From NCBI GenBank assembly GCA_965221695.1, contig OZ244905.1, positions 2,688,001-2,752,000 on the forward strand: 64,000 bases of DNA, read 5' to 3'. The stretch's first letter is position 1, and every line of letters starts with the position of its first letter. The stretch is from Gammaproteobacteria bacterium (GTDB lineage: Bacteria; Pseudomonadota; Gammaproteobacteria; Eutrophobiales; Eutrophobiaceae). This document shows, in pieces, positions 21,917 to 31,507 of this stretch. The position numbers and the translations under genes were made by a program. The notes beneath the pieces were generated by a model, which saw only the letters and a program-made list of their open reading frames with translations, was not told where the DNA came from and ran no database searches.

Positions 21917-21945
21917 CTTGAATTTCGGGGTGATAACCCACACTT
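21917..21945 (+). promoter_or_regulatory. probable sigma32-type promoter for dnaK
   Basis: CTTGAA at 21917 followed at the expected spacing by a CCCACACT element; weaker -10 match. Confidence 0.5.
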
Positions 21946-21996
21946 ATATCTCTGGTAAGACAATAAAATTCTGAGCAATATACAAGAGGCTTGAAC

Positions 21997-23925
21997 ATGA
22001 GCAAAATTATCGGCATAGACCTGGGCACGACCAATTCCTGCGTTGCCGTTCTGGAAGGCGGCCAGGCCAGGGTTATTGAGAACAGCGAAGGCGGCAGAAC
22101 CACGCCGTCCATCGTCGCATTTTCCGACGACGATGAAGTTCTGGTAGGGCAGTCGGCCAAGCGCCAGGCGGTCACCAACCCCAACAACACCTTGTTTGCG
22201 GTCAAACGTTTGATCGGCCGGCGCTATGATGACAATGTTGTGCAGAAGGATATCAACATGGTTCCGTATAAAATCGTCAAGGCTGACAACGGCGATGCCT
22301 GGGTTGATGTAAAAGGTAAGAAGATGGCCCCCCCGGAGGTCTCGGCGCGCGTGCTGATGAAAATGAAGCAGACGGCTGAGGATTACCTGGGTGAAAAAGT
22401 GACCGAGGCGGTGATTACCGTTCCGGCCTATTTCAATGATTCGCAACGCCAGGCGACCAAGGATGCAGGCAAGATCGCGGGGCTGGAAGTTCGGCGCATC
22501 ATCAATGAGCCTACGGCCGCGGCGCTGGCCTATGGCATGGACAAGAAACAGGGCGACTCCAGGATTGCCGTCTATGACCTGGGCGGCGGCACGTTCGATG
22601 TATCCATCATTGAAATTGCCGAAGTGGACGGTGAGCACCAGTTCGAAGTACTCTCCACCAACGGCGATACGTTCCTGGGCGGCGAGGATTTTGACCTGCG
22701 TATCATCGATTTTCTGTGCGACGAATTCAAGAAGGACCAGGGTATCGACCTGCACAATGACCCGCTGGCCTTGCAGCGTTTGAAAGAGGCTGCGGAAAAG
22801 GCCAAGATCGAACTGTCATCCAGCCAGCAGACCGATATCAACCTGCCGTATATCACCGCGGATGCCGGCGGTCCGAAGCATCTCAACATAAAGATGAGCC
22901 GTTCCAAACTTGAATCACTGGTGGAAGACCTCGTTGATCGTACCATAGAGCCTTGCCGCGTAGCCCTGGAGGATGCCGGCTATGCTGCAGCGGATATCAC
23001 TGACGTCATCCTGGTAGGCGGACAGACCCGCATGCCCAAGGTACAGGAGAAGGTCAAGCAGTTTTTCAATAAAGAACCGCGCAAGGATGTCAACCCGGAT
23101 GAAGCTGTTGCGGTGGGCGCGGCCATCCAGGCCGGTGTACTCGGCGGTGACGTGAAGGATGTGTTGCTGCTCGATGTCACGCCTCTCTCGCTGGGCATTG
23201 AAACTCTGGGCGGCGTGATGACCCGTCTCATCGAGAAGAATACGACGATCCCGACCAAGGCACAGCAAGTGTTCTCCACCGCGGATGATAACCAGACAGC
23301 GGTGACCGTGCACGTGTTGCAGGGCGAGCGCGAGATGGTCGCGGGCAACAAGTCCCTGGGCCGCTTCGACTTGTCGGACATACCGCCTGCGCCCCGCGGC
23401 ATACCCCAGATCGAGGTAACTTTTGATATCGACGCCAACGGCATCATGAATGTTTCGGCCAAGGACAAGGCCACCGGCAAGGAACAATCCATCGTTATCA
23501 AGGCTTCCAGCGGGTTGTCGGATGAGGAAATCGAGAACATGGTCAAAGACGCGGAAGCCCATGCCGAGGAAGACCGGCAGGCAAAGGAATTGGTCGAGGC
23601 CCGCAACCTGGCGGAGAACCTGGTGCATTCAACGAAAAAATCCATGGAGGAACTGGGCGACAAGGTTGAAGAACAGGAGAAAAAAGACATCGAATCTGCA
23701 ATAGCCGAGGTAGAGGAAACCGTTAAAGGGAATGACAAGGAGGCCATAGAGGAGAAAACCCGGAAACTGACCGAGATCGCGGGCAAACTTGCGGAGCGTG
23801 CATACCAGCAGGCCGCAGCGGCGGGCGCCAACGGTGAGGGCAAGCCCGCGGGCACGGATAACGGACCCGGCGATGAAAATGTCGTCGATGCAGAATTCGA
23901 GGAAGTGGATGACAACAAGAAGTAA
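21997..23925 (+). CDS. dnaK: chaperone DnaK
   Basis: [32 protein letters not shown]. Confidence 0.99.
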   Translation: MSKIIGIDLGTTNSCVAVLEGGQARVIENSEGGRTTPSIVAFSDDDEVLVGQSAKRQAVTNPNNTLFAVKRLIGRRYDDNVVQKDINMVPYKIVKADNGDAWVDVKGKKMAPPEVSARVLMKMKQTAEDYLGEKVTEAVITVPAYFNDSQRQATKDAGKIAGLEVRRIINEPTAAALAYGMDKKQGDSRIAVYDLGGGTFDVSIIEIAEVDGEHQFEVLSTNGDTFLGGEDFDLRIIDFLCDEFKKDQGIDLHNDPLALQRLKEAAEKAKIELSSSQQTDINLPYITADAGGPKHLNIKMSRSKLESLVEDLVDRTIEPCRVALEDAGYAAADITDVILVGGQTRMPKVQEKVKQFFNKEPRKDVNPDEAVAVGAAIQAGVLGGDVKDVLLLDVTPLSLGIETLGGVMTRLIEKNTTIPTKAQQVFSTADDNQTAVTVHVLQGEREMVAGNKSLGRFDLSDIPPAPRGIPQIEVTFDIDANGIMNVSAKDKATGKEQSIVIKASSGLSDEEIENMVKDAEAHAEEDRQAKELVEARNLAENLVHSTKKSMEELGDKVEEQEKKDIESAIAEVEETVKGNDKEAIEEKTRKLTEIAGKLAERAYQQAAAAGANGEGKPAGTDNGPGDENVVDAEFEEVDDNKK

Positions 23926-23945
23926 ATCGGCGAGAAATGCAGGTT

Positions 23946-25076
23946 ATGGCCGCAAAACGAGATTACTATGACGTTCTTGGCGTATCAAAAAATGCGTCTG
24001 ACGCCGATATAAAAAAAGCCTTCCGCCGCCTGGCGATGAAGTACCATCCGGATCGCAATCCGGATGACCAGGAAGCGGAGGAAAAATTCAAGGAGGCCAA
24101 GGAGGCAAATGACATCCTCAGCGACCAGCAGAAACGGGCGGCTTACGACCAGTTTGGCCATGCCGGGGTCAGCACTTCGGCCGGTGGCGCGGACGGCCAG
24201 GGTTTCAGCGGCTTCGGCGATATATTCGACAGTGTGTTCGGAGACATATTCGGCGCGCAAGGACGCGGCGGCCAACGCACCCAGTCCGGCGCTAACCTCC
24301 GTTACGACCTGGAATTGAACCTGGAGGAAGCCATTGCCGGCTCCACCATCAAGATACGGGTACCCAGGCTGATAAGCTGTAATGACTGTTCAGGCAGCGG
24401 CGCCAAACGGGGATCGAGTCCGTCCCAGTGCCCTACCTGCAACGGCGCCGGACAGATCCGTATGCAACAGGGATTTTTCTCGGTGCAGCAGACCTGTCCC
24501 AAATGCCGCGGCAAAGGAAGCATCATCAATGATCCATGCCGCACGTGCAATGGGCAGGGCAGGGTCCGCGACAGCAAGACTATTTCCGTAAAAGTCCCGC
24601 CCGGTGTCAATACCGGCGACCGGATACGCCTCACCGGCGAGGGTGAAGCCGGCGAGTACGGCGCCCCACCCGGCGATCTTTACGTACATGTCATCGTCAA
24701 GGATCACGAGATATTTACCCGCGACGGTTCGGACCTGTACTGTGAAGTGCCAATCAGTTTTGCCGCCGCCGCCCTGGGCCGGGATATAGAAATACCCACG
24801 CTGGACGGCAAAATCAAACTGCGCATCCCGCCGGAAACCCAGAGCGGCAGGTTGTTCCGCCTGCGCGGCAAGGGCGTGCGCTCGGTGCGTTCGGCTGCAA
24901 GAGGCGACCTGTTATGCCGCGTCGCGGTTGAGACTCCGGTAAACCTGAGCAAACAACAGAAAGACATCCTGGAATCCCTTGAGGATTCCATGGAGAACGA
25001 TGAATCACGCTTCCGCCCTAAGGCCAGCAAGTGGTTCGACAGCGTGAAGAAATTTTTCGAAAACGCCAACCGCTGA
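23946..25076 (+). CDS. dnaJ: chaperone DnaJ
   Basis: J domain HPD, G/F region, four CxxCxGxG repeats. Confidence 0.98.
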   Translation: MAAKRDYYDVLGVSKNASDADIKKAFRRLAMKYHPDRNPDDQEAEEKFKEAKEANDILSDQQKRAAYDQFGHAGVSTSAGGADGQGFSGFGDIFDSVFGDIFGAQGRGGQRTQSGANLRYDLELNLEEAIAGSTIKIRVPRLISCNDCSGSGAKRGSSPSQCPTCNGAGQIRMQQGFFSVQQTCPKCRGKGSIINDPCRTCNGQGRVRDSKTISVKVPPGVNTGDRIRLTGEGEAGEYGAPPGDLYVHVIVKDHEIFTRDGSDLYCEVPISFAAAALGRDIEIPTLDGKIKLRIPPETQSGRLFRLRGKGVRSVRSAARGDLLCRVAVETPVNLSKQQKDILESLEDSMENDESRFRPKASKWFDSVKKFFENANR

Positions 25077-25220
25077 CCCGCATGCTCAAAGCACTGCATG
25101 CCCGGGCAACAGCAGGAGTCCAGTCATATTACAGTGTAGTCCGGAGAGCTTACCCATATAGAACGTGGGGCAATCCTTTGTTTCACCGGTTGAAATAGTT
25201 GCCACAGACCAGGGCATTCT

Positions 25221-25340
25221 CCCGTACCACTCCCGCGAAAGCGGGAGTCCAGTAAAATACTATGTCGCCTGAAAGGCGACCCTTTGTTCCACCGGCCGGA
25301 AAAGCTGTATTCCCACCCAAGCGGGAATCCAGTAAAATAA
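25221..25340. repeat. REP/dRS3-like palindromic element
   Basis: accactcccgcgaaagcgggagtccag...gtcgcctgaaaggcgac...attcccacccaagcgggaatccag. Confidence 0.75.
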
Positions 25341-25368
25341 CCGTCTCAAAGAGACACCTTATTCACCC

Positions 25369-26172
25369 ATGATCAAAACAGCAATATGCGGCGCCGCGGG
25401 CAGGATGGGAAAAACCATCCTGGAAGTTGTCAGCGAGAGCGAAGGGATCACGGCGGGCGCGGCCATTGAACAACGCGGCTCACCGGCGCTAGGCCGGGAC
25501 GCGGGCGAACAGGCCGGCATCGGCAATCTCGGAGTCAGCGTGACCGATGATATCGAAACCGTCCTGGATGACTTCGATGTGCTGATAGACTTCACCCGGG
25601 CCGATGCGGTGCTCAAAAACCTGGAAGTTTGCCGTGCAGGCAATAAAAAAGTGGTGATCGGTACCACCGGCCTGACCGGTGAGCAACAACAGACACTGCA
25701 CAGGGCCAGCGAAGATATCGCGATCGTATTTGCCCCCAACATGAGCGTCGGTGTTAACCTGTGTTTCAAACTGACGGAACTGGCCGCAAGCATAGTCGGT
25801 GACAGCACGGATATCGAGATTATAGAAGCTCACCATAACCGCAAAATCGATGCGCCGTCAGGCACTGCGGTGCGCCTGGGAGAAATCATCGCGGCGCAAT
25901 TGGGGCGCGACCTGGCAGAATGCGCGGTTTACGGGCGAGAGGGTATTACCGGCCCGCGCGATCGCAAGACCATCGGCTTTGAGACCATACGCGCCGGTGA
26001 TATTGTGGGTGAGCACACCGTTATGTTCGCCGGCGAGGGCGAACGGGTGGAGATCAAGCATGTCGCCGGCAACCGCAAGACATTTGCCGGCGGTGCAGTG
26101 CGCGCCGCGCAATGGGTCATGAGCAAGAAAACCGGCCTGTACAGTATGCAGGACGTGCTGGGGTTGCATTGA
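25369..26172 (+). CDS. dapB: 4-hydroxy-tetrahydrodipicolinate reductase
   Basis: GAAGRMG, IDFT, GTTG, EAHH..K.DAPSGTA, GEH.V.F. Confidence 0.97.
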   Translation: MIKTAICGAAGRMGKTILEVVSESEGITAGAAIEQRGSPALGRDAGEQAGIGNLGVSVTDDIETVLDDFDVLIDFTRADAVLKNLEVCRAGNKKVVIGTTGLTGEQQQTLHRASEDIAIVFAPNMSVGVNLCFKLTELAASIVGDSTDIEIIEAHHNRKIDAPSGTAVRLGEIIAAQLGRDLAECAVYGREGITGPRDRKTIGFETIRAGDIVGEHTVMFAGEGERVEIKHVAGNRKTFAGGAVRAAQWVMSKKTGLYSMQDVLGLH

Positions 26173-26174
26173 TT

Positions 26175-26684
26175 ATGCCGATAGAAGCGCCATTCCGGGC
26201 AAACAGGCAACTGATCGTCCCCGAATGGATCGACTACAACGGCCACATGAACGTGACCTACTATGTCCTCGTGTTTGACCGCGCCACCGACGATTTTTTC
26301 GACTTCATGGGGTTGACCGCCGAATACAGGGCCGCCAGCAATCTCTCGGCCTTCACGGCGGAAATGCATGTGAATTATCTCCGTGAGGTGAAGGAAGGTG
26401 ACGAAGTATCCGTAACCACCCAATTGCTGGGTTACGATGCCAAACGCTTCCATTATTTTCACCACATGTACCACGCCGAACAAGGCTACCTGGCCGCCAC
26501 CAGTGAACTGCTGTGCCTGTTCATGGACATGAACCAGCGACGGGTAACGCAAATTCCACCCCCGATCCAGGACAGACTGGCCGAAATCAAGCAAAGCCAC
26601 GCCGCTTTGCCGTTGCCCGAACAGGTCGGCAGCGTGATGCGAGTGAAACCTGCCGCACCAGCCGATAACGCAGATAATCGATAA
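26175..26684 (+). CDS. hot-dog fold thioesterase (4HBT-like)
   Basis: PEWIDYNGHMN..YY...FD.A; YL.EV. Confidence 0.85.
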   Translation: MPIEAPFRANRQLIVPEWIDYNGHMNVTYYVLVFDRATDDFFDFMGLTAEYRAASNLSAFTAEMHVNYLREVKEGDEVSVTTQLLGYDAKRFHYFHHMYHAEQGYLAATSELLCLFMDMNQRRVTQIPPPIQDRLAEIKQSHAALPLPEQVGSVMRVKPAAPADNADNR

Positions 26685-26695
26685 GAAACCTGTGA
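26607..26695 (+). repeat. direct repeat A (thioesterase 3' end); second copy at 28943-29031
   Basis: 89 bp with 4 mismatches; last ~50 bp identical (aaacctgccgcaccagccgataacgcagataatcgataagaaacctgtga). Confidence 0.9.
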
Positions 26696-26700
26696 GCTAC

Positions 26701-26789
26701 CTTCAACAGAGGGTATGCACAAGGAATGCGCCATCAACTGTGAGCATATCCAGACGGTTTCCAAAGGTGGATTAAGCGGATGGTGAATT
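26701..26789 (+). pseudogene. PemK/MazF toxin fragment (repeat B); second copy at 28720-28808
   Basis: Translates STEGMHKECAINCEHIQTVSKG here and STEGMPKECAINSDHIQTVSKG in the second copy; resembles the PemK C-terminal core. Confidence 0.6.
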
Positions 26790-26842
26790 CTGCATATATA
26801 CTGGATTTTTGCGACCTAAGCGCTTAGACTATGATTATACCC

Positions 26843-26896
26843 CCTGCGGCTTCGACCGCAGGCCGCGGGGCCTCTACGGAGGCCCCTGCTTTTTTT
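26843..26896 (+). terminator. two GC-rich hairpins plus U-tract just upstream of the NYN gene
   Basis: cctgcgg-cttcga-ccgcagg; ggggcctc-tacg-gaggcccc-tgc-ttttttt; ATG follows at 26905. Confidence 0.75.
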
Positions 26897-26904
26897 GGTG
26901 AGAA

Positions 26905-27528
26905 ATGCGCACATACATCTATGTCGATGGTTTTAACCTCTACTATGGCGCGCTGAAAGACACGGCCTGGAAGTGGCTGGATCTGACCGCTCTATTCGAG
27001 AAAGTCCTCCAACCCAAACACGACATCCTGGCCATAAAGTACTTCACGGCTCACGTTTCAAGCACGCCTGCGGACCCGTTGAAACCACAACGGCAAGAGG
27101 CCTATCTGCGCGCACTTCGGCATTTCCGACCTGAAGTCGACGTGTATTTCGGGCATTTTCTGAGTCATAAAGTCAGGGCGCCGCTTGCACATCCTGTGGG
27201 AAAACAGCGTTCTGCCAAAGTAATCCGAACCGAGGAGAAAGGTTCGGATGTTAACCTTGCCGTACACTTGCTAAATGATAGCTGGTTGAATGTCTATGAT
27301 TGTGCAGTTGTCGTTAGCAATGATAGCGATATCGCCGAGGCAATGCGCCTTGTGAGGGAGCATCAAGGCAAGAGGATTGGATTGGTGACACCGGGAACTG
27401 GCCGCCCGTCCAGCCAACTCATGTTACACGCGGATTTTGCGAGACACATCCGACCGAATGCTTTGAGACAATCACAACTTCCGGACCAAATTCCCAACAC
27501 CAACATCAGAAAGCCAGCGCGCTGGTAG
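26905..27528 (+). CDS. NYN-domain (PIN-like) ribonuclease
   Basis: YVDGFNLYYG, EEKGSDVNLA, VVSNDSDI acidic motifs intact. Confidence 0.9.
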   Translation: MRTYIYVDGFNLYYGALKDTAWKWLDLTALFEKVLQPKHDILAIKYFTAHVSSTPADPLKPQRQEAYLRALRHFRPEVDVYFGHFLSHKVRAPLAHPVGKQRSAKVIRTEEKGSDVNLAVHLLNDSWLNVYDCAVVVSNDSDIAEAMRLVREHQGKRIGLVTPGTGRPSSQLMLHADFARHIRPNALRQSQLPDQIPNTNIRKPARW

Positions 27529-27572
27529 GACTATGACATAAGATTCGAGGAACAACCGTTTCAATCAAGAAA

Positions 27573-27713
27573 ATGTCCTCTAAAGGCCAGATTGTCATCC
27601 CTGAGCAAATACGCACGCAAATAGACCTAGAAGCGGGTTTCCAGTTACAGTACGTAGCCTCACCAATGCGCGTTTGCGGGAGATTCTATTACAATCACAG
27701 TATCAAAGGTTAA
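27573..27713 (+). pseudogene. AbrB/MazE-type antitoxin fragment
   Basis: MSSKGQIVIPEQIRTQIDLEAG, then the sequence degenerates. Confidence 0.65.
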
Positions 27714-27898
27714 ATCCTTAAAGCGGGATTCGCTTACGCCTCCAGATTCTAAGGTTTCCCAAAATTAAGGCTGGATATGGGTGCCCCAGGACGCTCGTGC
27801 TCAGGATACCATGTCATTGAGAAGCACATAACGCTGCAGGGATCGCGTCGAATGTGTATTCCCAAGGGTATTCGAAGGTGTGTCCTCTGATCACGGCA

Positions 27899-28354
27899 TC
27901 AGGTCAATTCTGCGTGGATACTACGCGCGTCCAGAAGTGGCATATCCAACACAGTTTGAACAAAGCCCGGGCCTTTCTCGTGCTGTTTAAGGTATCGGCG
28001 CAAAATGCCAAAGAATGGCGTCTCAAAGGTTTTCTCGACCGTAGTGATATACTCCCGCGCGTCAGGCTTTGCGCGGCTATCGCCCCTGAAGTTGCCAAAC
28101 AGCGCTGCGCTGAGGTTGGGATATGCTTTATTGAAATTTGTCACGGCGCCGGGAAATCCCCTGCCAAGGGAGAGTTTTGGTTTGTTTATCTGCGCCGCAT
28201 AGTTGTTGACTTGCTTTTCAACTGTATAGGGCGAAATCTTAACTTCGTCTGCCAGAGTGAGAATACGCTCAATTCTCGCTGCGTTGGTTGATTGCCGGTT
28301 GAGAATGGCATAAGCCCGTTTTGCCAATTCATGCGGATACAACAGGTTCGTCAA
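27899..28354 (-). pseudogene. hypothetical protein, probably a 5'-truncated remnant
   Basis: 151-aa ORF with a weak start; overlaps a short downstream ORF (MPVIRGHTFEYPW...) that stops early. Confidence 0.4.
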
Positions 28355-28456
28355 GTTACCAGTTTACTTGCACCTGACACCAATGCGTATAAATTTGACC
28401 TAAACTGAATATACTCTTACAGTCTGACCAGACAGATCAGAATTGGGTAGACCGCA

Positions 28457-28762
28457 TTGATAAGAGAAACAAAATGGCAATTACAGGAAGCCAAGGCGGA
28501 CCTGAGTGAGCTGGTAAAGTCCGCTCAGAATAACGGACCGCAACAAATCACTGTACACGGCAAGCCTGCCGCTGTTGTCCTTTCCTGTTACGACTATACC
28601 CGGCTTGCCAGGAGTAAGCCGTCATTCGTCGGTCTGATGCGGCAATCTCCGCTCATAGGCGTAGACCTGCAACTTGAGCGGGACCAATCGCTGGCACGCG
28701 AACAAACCCTGTGTACTATCTTCAACAGAGGGTATGCCGAAGGAATGCGCCATCAACTCTGA
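28457..28762 (+). CDS. Phd/YefM antitoxin (orphan; C-terminus runs into repeat B')
   Basis: WQLQEAKA.LSELV..A...GPQ.ITVHGKPAAVVLS..DY. Confidence 0.82.
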   Translation: MIRETKWQLQEAKADLSELVKSAQNNGPQQITVHGKPAAVVLSCYDYTRLARSKPSFVGLMRQSPLIGVDLQLERDQSLAREQTLCTIFNRGYAEGMRHQL

Positions 28763-28798
28763 TCACATCCAGACGGTTTCCAAAGGTAGATTAATCGG

Positions 28799-29020
28799 AT
28801 GGTAAATTATTATCACGCTATACACCTGGAAGAAAAACACCGCAAAGGTTACGAATTACAGCCTGTGGGTAATAACGAGTTCGCTATGTGGGAAGCAGAA
28901 CAGGATTGGGGAGACAGTTTAACAAGGGAAAGCCAAGCAGAGTTGCCGTTGCCCAAACAAGTCGGCAGCGTGATGCAAGTTAAACCTGCCGCACCAGCCG
29001 ATAACGCAGATAATCGATAA
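28799..29020 (+). pseudogene. chimeric ORF: antitoxin-like fragment fused to the duplicated thioesterase tail
   Basis: LEEKHRKGY...PV...EF..WE.EQDWGD resembles RHH/CopG antitoxins found with PemK genes (recalled, unverified); ends LPLPKQVGSVMQVKPAAPADNADNR. Confidence 0.5.
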
Positions 29021-29106
29021 GAAACCTGTGATGATTAAGTATTTCTGAGATTCCAACTGTCACTTTTCACTTGTTCGGAATATCCGGAGATTGCTATACT
29101 TTCTAC

Positions 29107-29346
29107 ATGTCTTATCATGAACGAATTACGGTGGAACCAGGCAAACGGGGAGGCAAACCCTGTATTCGAAGGTTGCGAATTACTGTCAATGACGTACTGG
29201 AATATCTTGCTTCCGGAATGACAGAGCAAGAAATCCTAGCTGATTTTCCTGATTTAGAACCAGAAGATATCAAAGCATGTTTGGCATTTGCTGCCGAGCG
29301 AAAACGGAAATTCGTATTGGCGCAAAAAAGTGAAACTGCTTGTTGA
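29107..29346 (+). CDS. DUF433 antitoxin (VapB45-like)
   Basis: RIT..PG.RGGKPCIR.LRITV.DVLEYLASGM...EIL.DFPDL..EDI.ACL.FAA. Confidence 0.9.
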   Translation: MSYHERITVEPGKRGGKPCIRRLRITVNDVLEYLASGMTEQEILADFPDLEPEDIKACLAFAAERKRKFVLAQKSETAC

Positions 29347-29662
29347 CGAAAACCTGTCACCCCGTCTAACTGGCTTTCTTTCGACCAACTTTCCCGGTTC
29401 CGCACATGTGCGCGATGTTGGACTGGCCAGAGCCGATGATGAAACTATCTGGGCCTATGCGAAAAACCATGGATTTGTAATTGTTTCCAAGGGTTCGGAT
29501 TTTTTCCTCAAAGCAGTCAAGTCAATGCCTCATCCCAAACTGATTTGGATTCAACGTGGTAACTGTAGTACGAGGGAAGTAAGGACTCTGTTTGAAGATT
29601 ACCTGCCTGTTCTTCAAAGCTTTGAAAAAAGTACGGATGTATCCTTTCTTAAAATGGTATGA
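29330..29662 (+). CDS. DUF5615 PIN-like toxin (VapC45-like)
   Basis: KLLVDENLSP, HV..VGL..ADD..IW.YA, IVSK.SDF, KLIW...GN; overlaps DUF433. Confidence 0.87.
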   Translation: MKLLVDENLSPRLTGFLSTNFPGSAHVRDVGLARADDETIWAYAKNHGFVIVSKGSDFFLKAVKSMPHPKLIWIQRGNCSTREVRTLFEDYLPVLQSFEKSTDVSFLKMV

Positions 29663-29664
29663 CT

Positions 29665-29961
29665 TCAACGGTTGATATCATGCCTGGCTTCAAACTCAGC
29701 TGTGAACTCATCAAGTGGCCGGCCTTGTTCAGACAGGGCATGTCTGATAATCCGCACGCTCTCGGCATAGTTTGCCAATACCGCTATTTTTTCGTAGGTT
29801 TCAGAATCCTGGACTACCACAGCAGCGTTGCCATTGACCGTTAGAAGCTCTGGACGTTTGCTTTTGTTCGGTCGTGTAATATGCGTCGCCGGTTTCCGGC
29901 TGAAGTCAGTGACCGATTGTTGTTCAAACGTGAGCGGAGATTTCGTGTAGGCTTCTGCCAC
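29665..29961 (-). CDS. chimeric ORF: Abi-family N-terminal peptide fused to a Phd-like antitoxin body
   Basis: AYTKSPLTFEQQ, then SVTDFSR...P.LLTVNG.A.VVVQD.E.YE; GTG start after a GAGG RBS. Confidence 0.6.
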   Translation of the reverse strand: MAEAYTKSPLTFEQQSVTDFSRKPATHITRPNKSKRPELLTVNGNAAVVVQDSETYEKIAVLANYAESVRIIRHALSEQGRPLDEFTAEFEARHDINR

Positions 29962-30040
29962 TGGAGATCCTCGGTACGCAGGCAAAAAAAAGCCGCCAAG
30001 GTTGCGCATTGTTAAGAGGCGTGACGGCTATGTTACTCAT

Positions 30041-30069
30041 ATTATAGTTCCTGCTGGAAACAGATTCAA
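30041..30069 (-). promoter_or_regulatory. sigma70 promoter driving a short structured leader
   Basis: Minus strand TTGAAT-N17-TATAAT, followed by agccgtca...tggcggct stem and T8 (29984-30030). Confidence 0.75.
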
Positions 30070-30507
30070 GAGAGAGATAGTGTTTTCCATATTAGCGGGA
30101 GATTCTGTTAGCAACAAATTGATTTGTCCGCTTTTGTAACAAATCAATTCCTCTTTTATCTTTACACTGACACCGTCAAGATGTTAGCGGGAGCTTCTTG
30201 TAAATCCCTGATATGGTTGTTAAAGTATTTTGCATGGAAAAATTGATCGAAAGAATAAAACTAGGTCTTGAGAAAGGGCATTATTCACGCGAAGAACAAG
30301 TATGGGGTAGTGGCGCCGAAGTGGAATTTGAAATACCTACACGCACTTAGAGTTCAACAGCCAGTTGACACAGTCGGCTAACCTGACAAAAAAGCAAACC
30401 AACCGTTATCGGTTGAAAAACTAATCTCTGGTTTAGACAGTTGTGAAACCACAATGGAGGGATCGTTGTCCGAGACCGAATGAATCATAACGTGGAATAC
30501 AAGCCGT

Positions 30508-31164
30508 TTGACAGCGCGTAAAGAAATGACTCCCGGACAACAATTTGTCGAAGCATTGAGCGAACTCGATTTTGAGAATACGTTTAACCCTTATTCGGAT
30601 CAATGTTTTGTTCACGACCTGGATGGTGCGCCAGTCTTTCGGTCACACGCATTGCAGGCTATGCTGGATGCGGCAACTGAGCAGGAAATTGATTCCCTCT
30701 GGATTGGGAGAGACCTTGGCTATCGTGGAGGCAGGCGGACTGGATTGGCCCTGACAGATGACGCCCATATTCAGGCCCATGCCAAACGCTGGAAGCTGTC
30801 GATTCAACGGCCAACAAAAGGCGCTCCGGTTACTGAACAAACAGCAGCGGTAACCTGGCGCGTGCTTGCGCAAATTGAATTATCCGTTTTCCTGTGGAAT
30901 GTCTTCCCACTGCATCCTCATGAACCCGATAATCCTTTCAGTAATCGCTCGCATAACGCGCGCGAACGCAGGGCCGGGGAAGAATTTCTCTCTGAGCTTA
31001 TCCTGCTTCTGAAGCCTCGTCGGCTTGTTGCAATCGGCAATGACGCGGCGCAGACGGTAAACCGTCTGAGACATGGGCATGAAGCCATCAAAATACGGCA
31101 TCCTGGCCATGGTGGACAAACCCGGTTCCTTGACCAAGTCAGCGCGCTGTACAACCTGCACTGA
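30508..31164 (+). CDS. uracil-DNA glycosylase superfamily protein
   Basis: FNPY, IGRDLGYRGGRRTG.ALTD, WNVFPLHPH, SNR, AIGN.A, IRHP..GG. Confidence 0.75.
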   Translation: MTARKEMTPGQQFVEALSELDFENTFNPYSDQCFVHDLDGAPVFRSHALQAMLDAATEQEIDSLWIGRDLGYRGGRRTGLALTDDAHIQAHAKRWKLSIQRPTKGAPVTEQTAAVTWRVLAQIELSVFLWNVFPLHPHEPDNPFSNRSHNARERRAGEEFLSELILLLKPRRLVAIGNDAAQTVNRLRHGHEAIKIRHPGHGGQTRFLDQVSALYNLH

Positions 31165-31180
31165 GATTTTGCTGATATAT

Positions 31181-31355
31181 GCTGTGTAAATTTTACTAAC
31201 TGTCCTGCACCCCGAACATTCCGGTACGTACAGGAATTCAGTGAAACAAAGGGTCGCCCTCCGGGCGACACAGAATTTGACTGGACTCCCGCTTTCGCGG
31301 GAGTGGTACGGGGGAATACCTTGTTCTGTGCCAACAGTTACATGTAATCGGGGTG
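31181..31355. repeat. composite REP/dRS3-like element
   Basis: gtcgccctccgggcgac...gactcccgctttcgcgggagtggtac...gaataccttg...caacagttacatgtaatcgggg; flanks shared with 13975-14020 and, inverted, with 37424-37575. Confidence 0.75.
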
Positions 31356-31507
31356 TGCAGAGAGCTGATCATAAGGGTTTAGAGTTTGCAAACAACGTCT
31401 CGGATGAGATGACGTAATCAGGTCATGCCTGCTGGCGGTTTCTCCACATAACCGGCAGGGTTGCGACGGCGGGCCAGTAGTTTGTCAATTTCCCAGCGGG
31501 CGGCTGG

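Noticed and set aside
21856-23918. Long antisense ORFs over dnaK (also over carB, lhr, ftsH and DUF1015)
   Set aside because: Shadow ORFs caused by codon bias in GC-rich conserved genes.
30234-30350. 38-aa ORF MEKLIERIKLGLEKGHYSREEQV..., possible restriction-enzyme N-terminal remnant
   Set aside because: Too short to support a family call without a search.
26685-31200. Integron cassette array
   Set aside because: TA-rich, but I found no convincing paired RYYYAAC/GTTRRRY attC sites and no intI.
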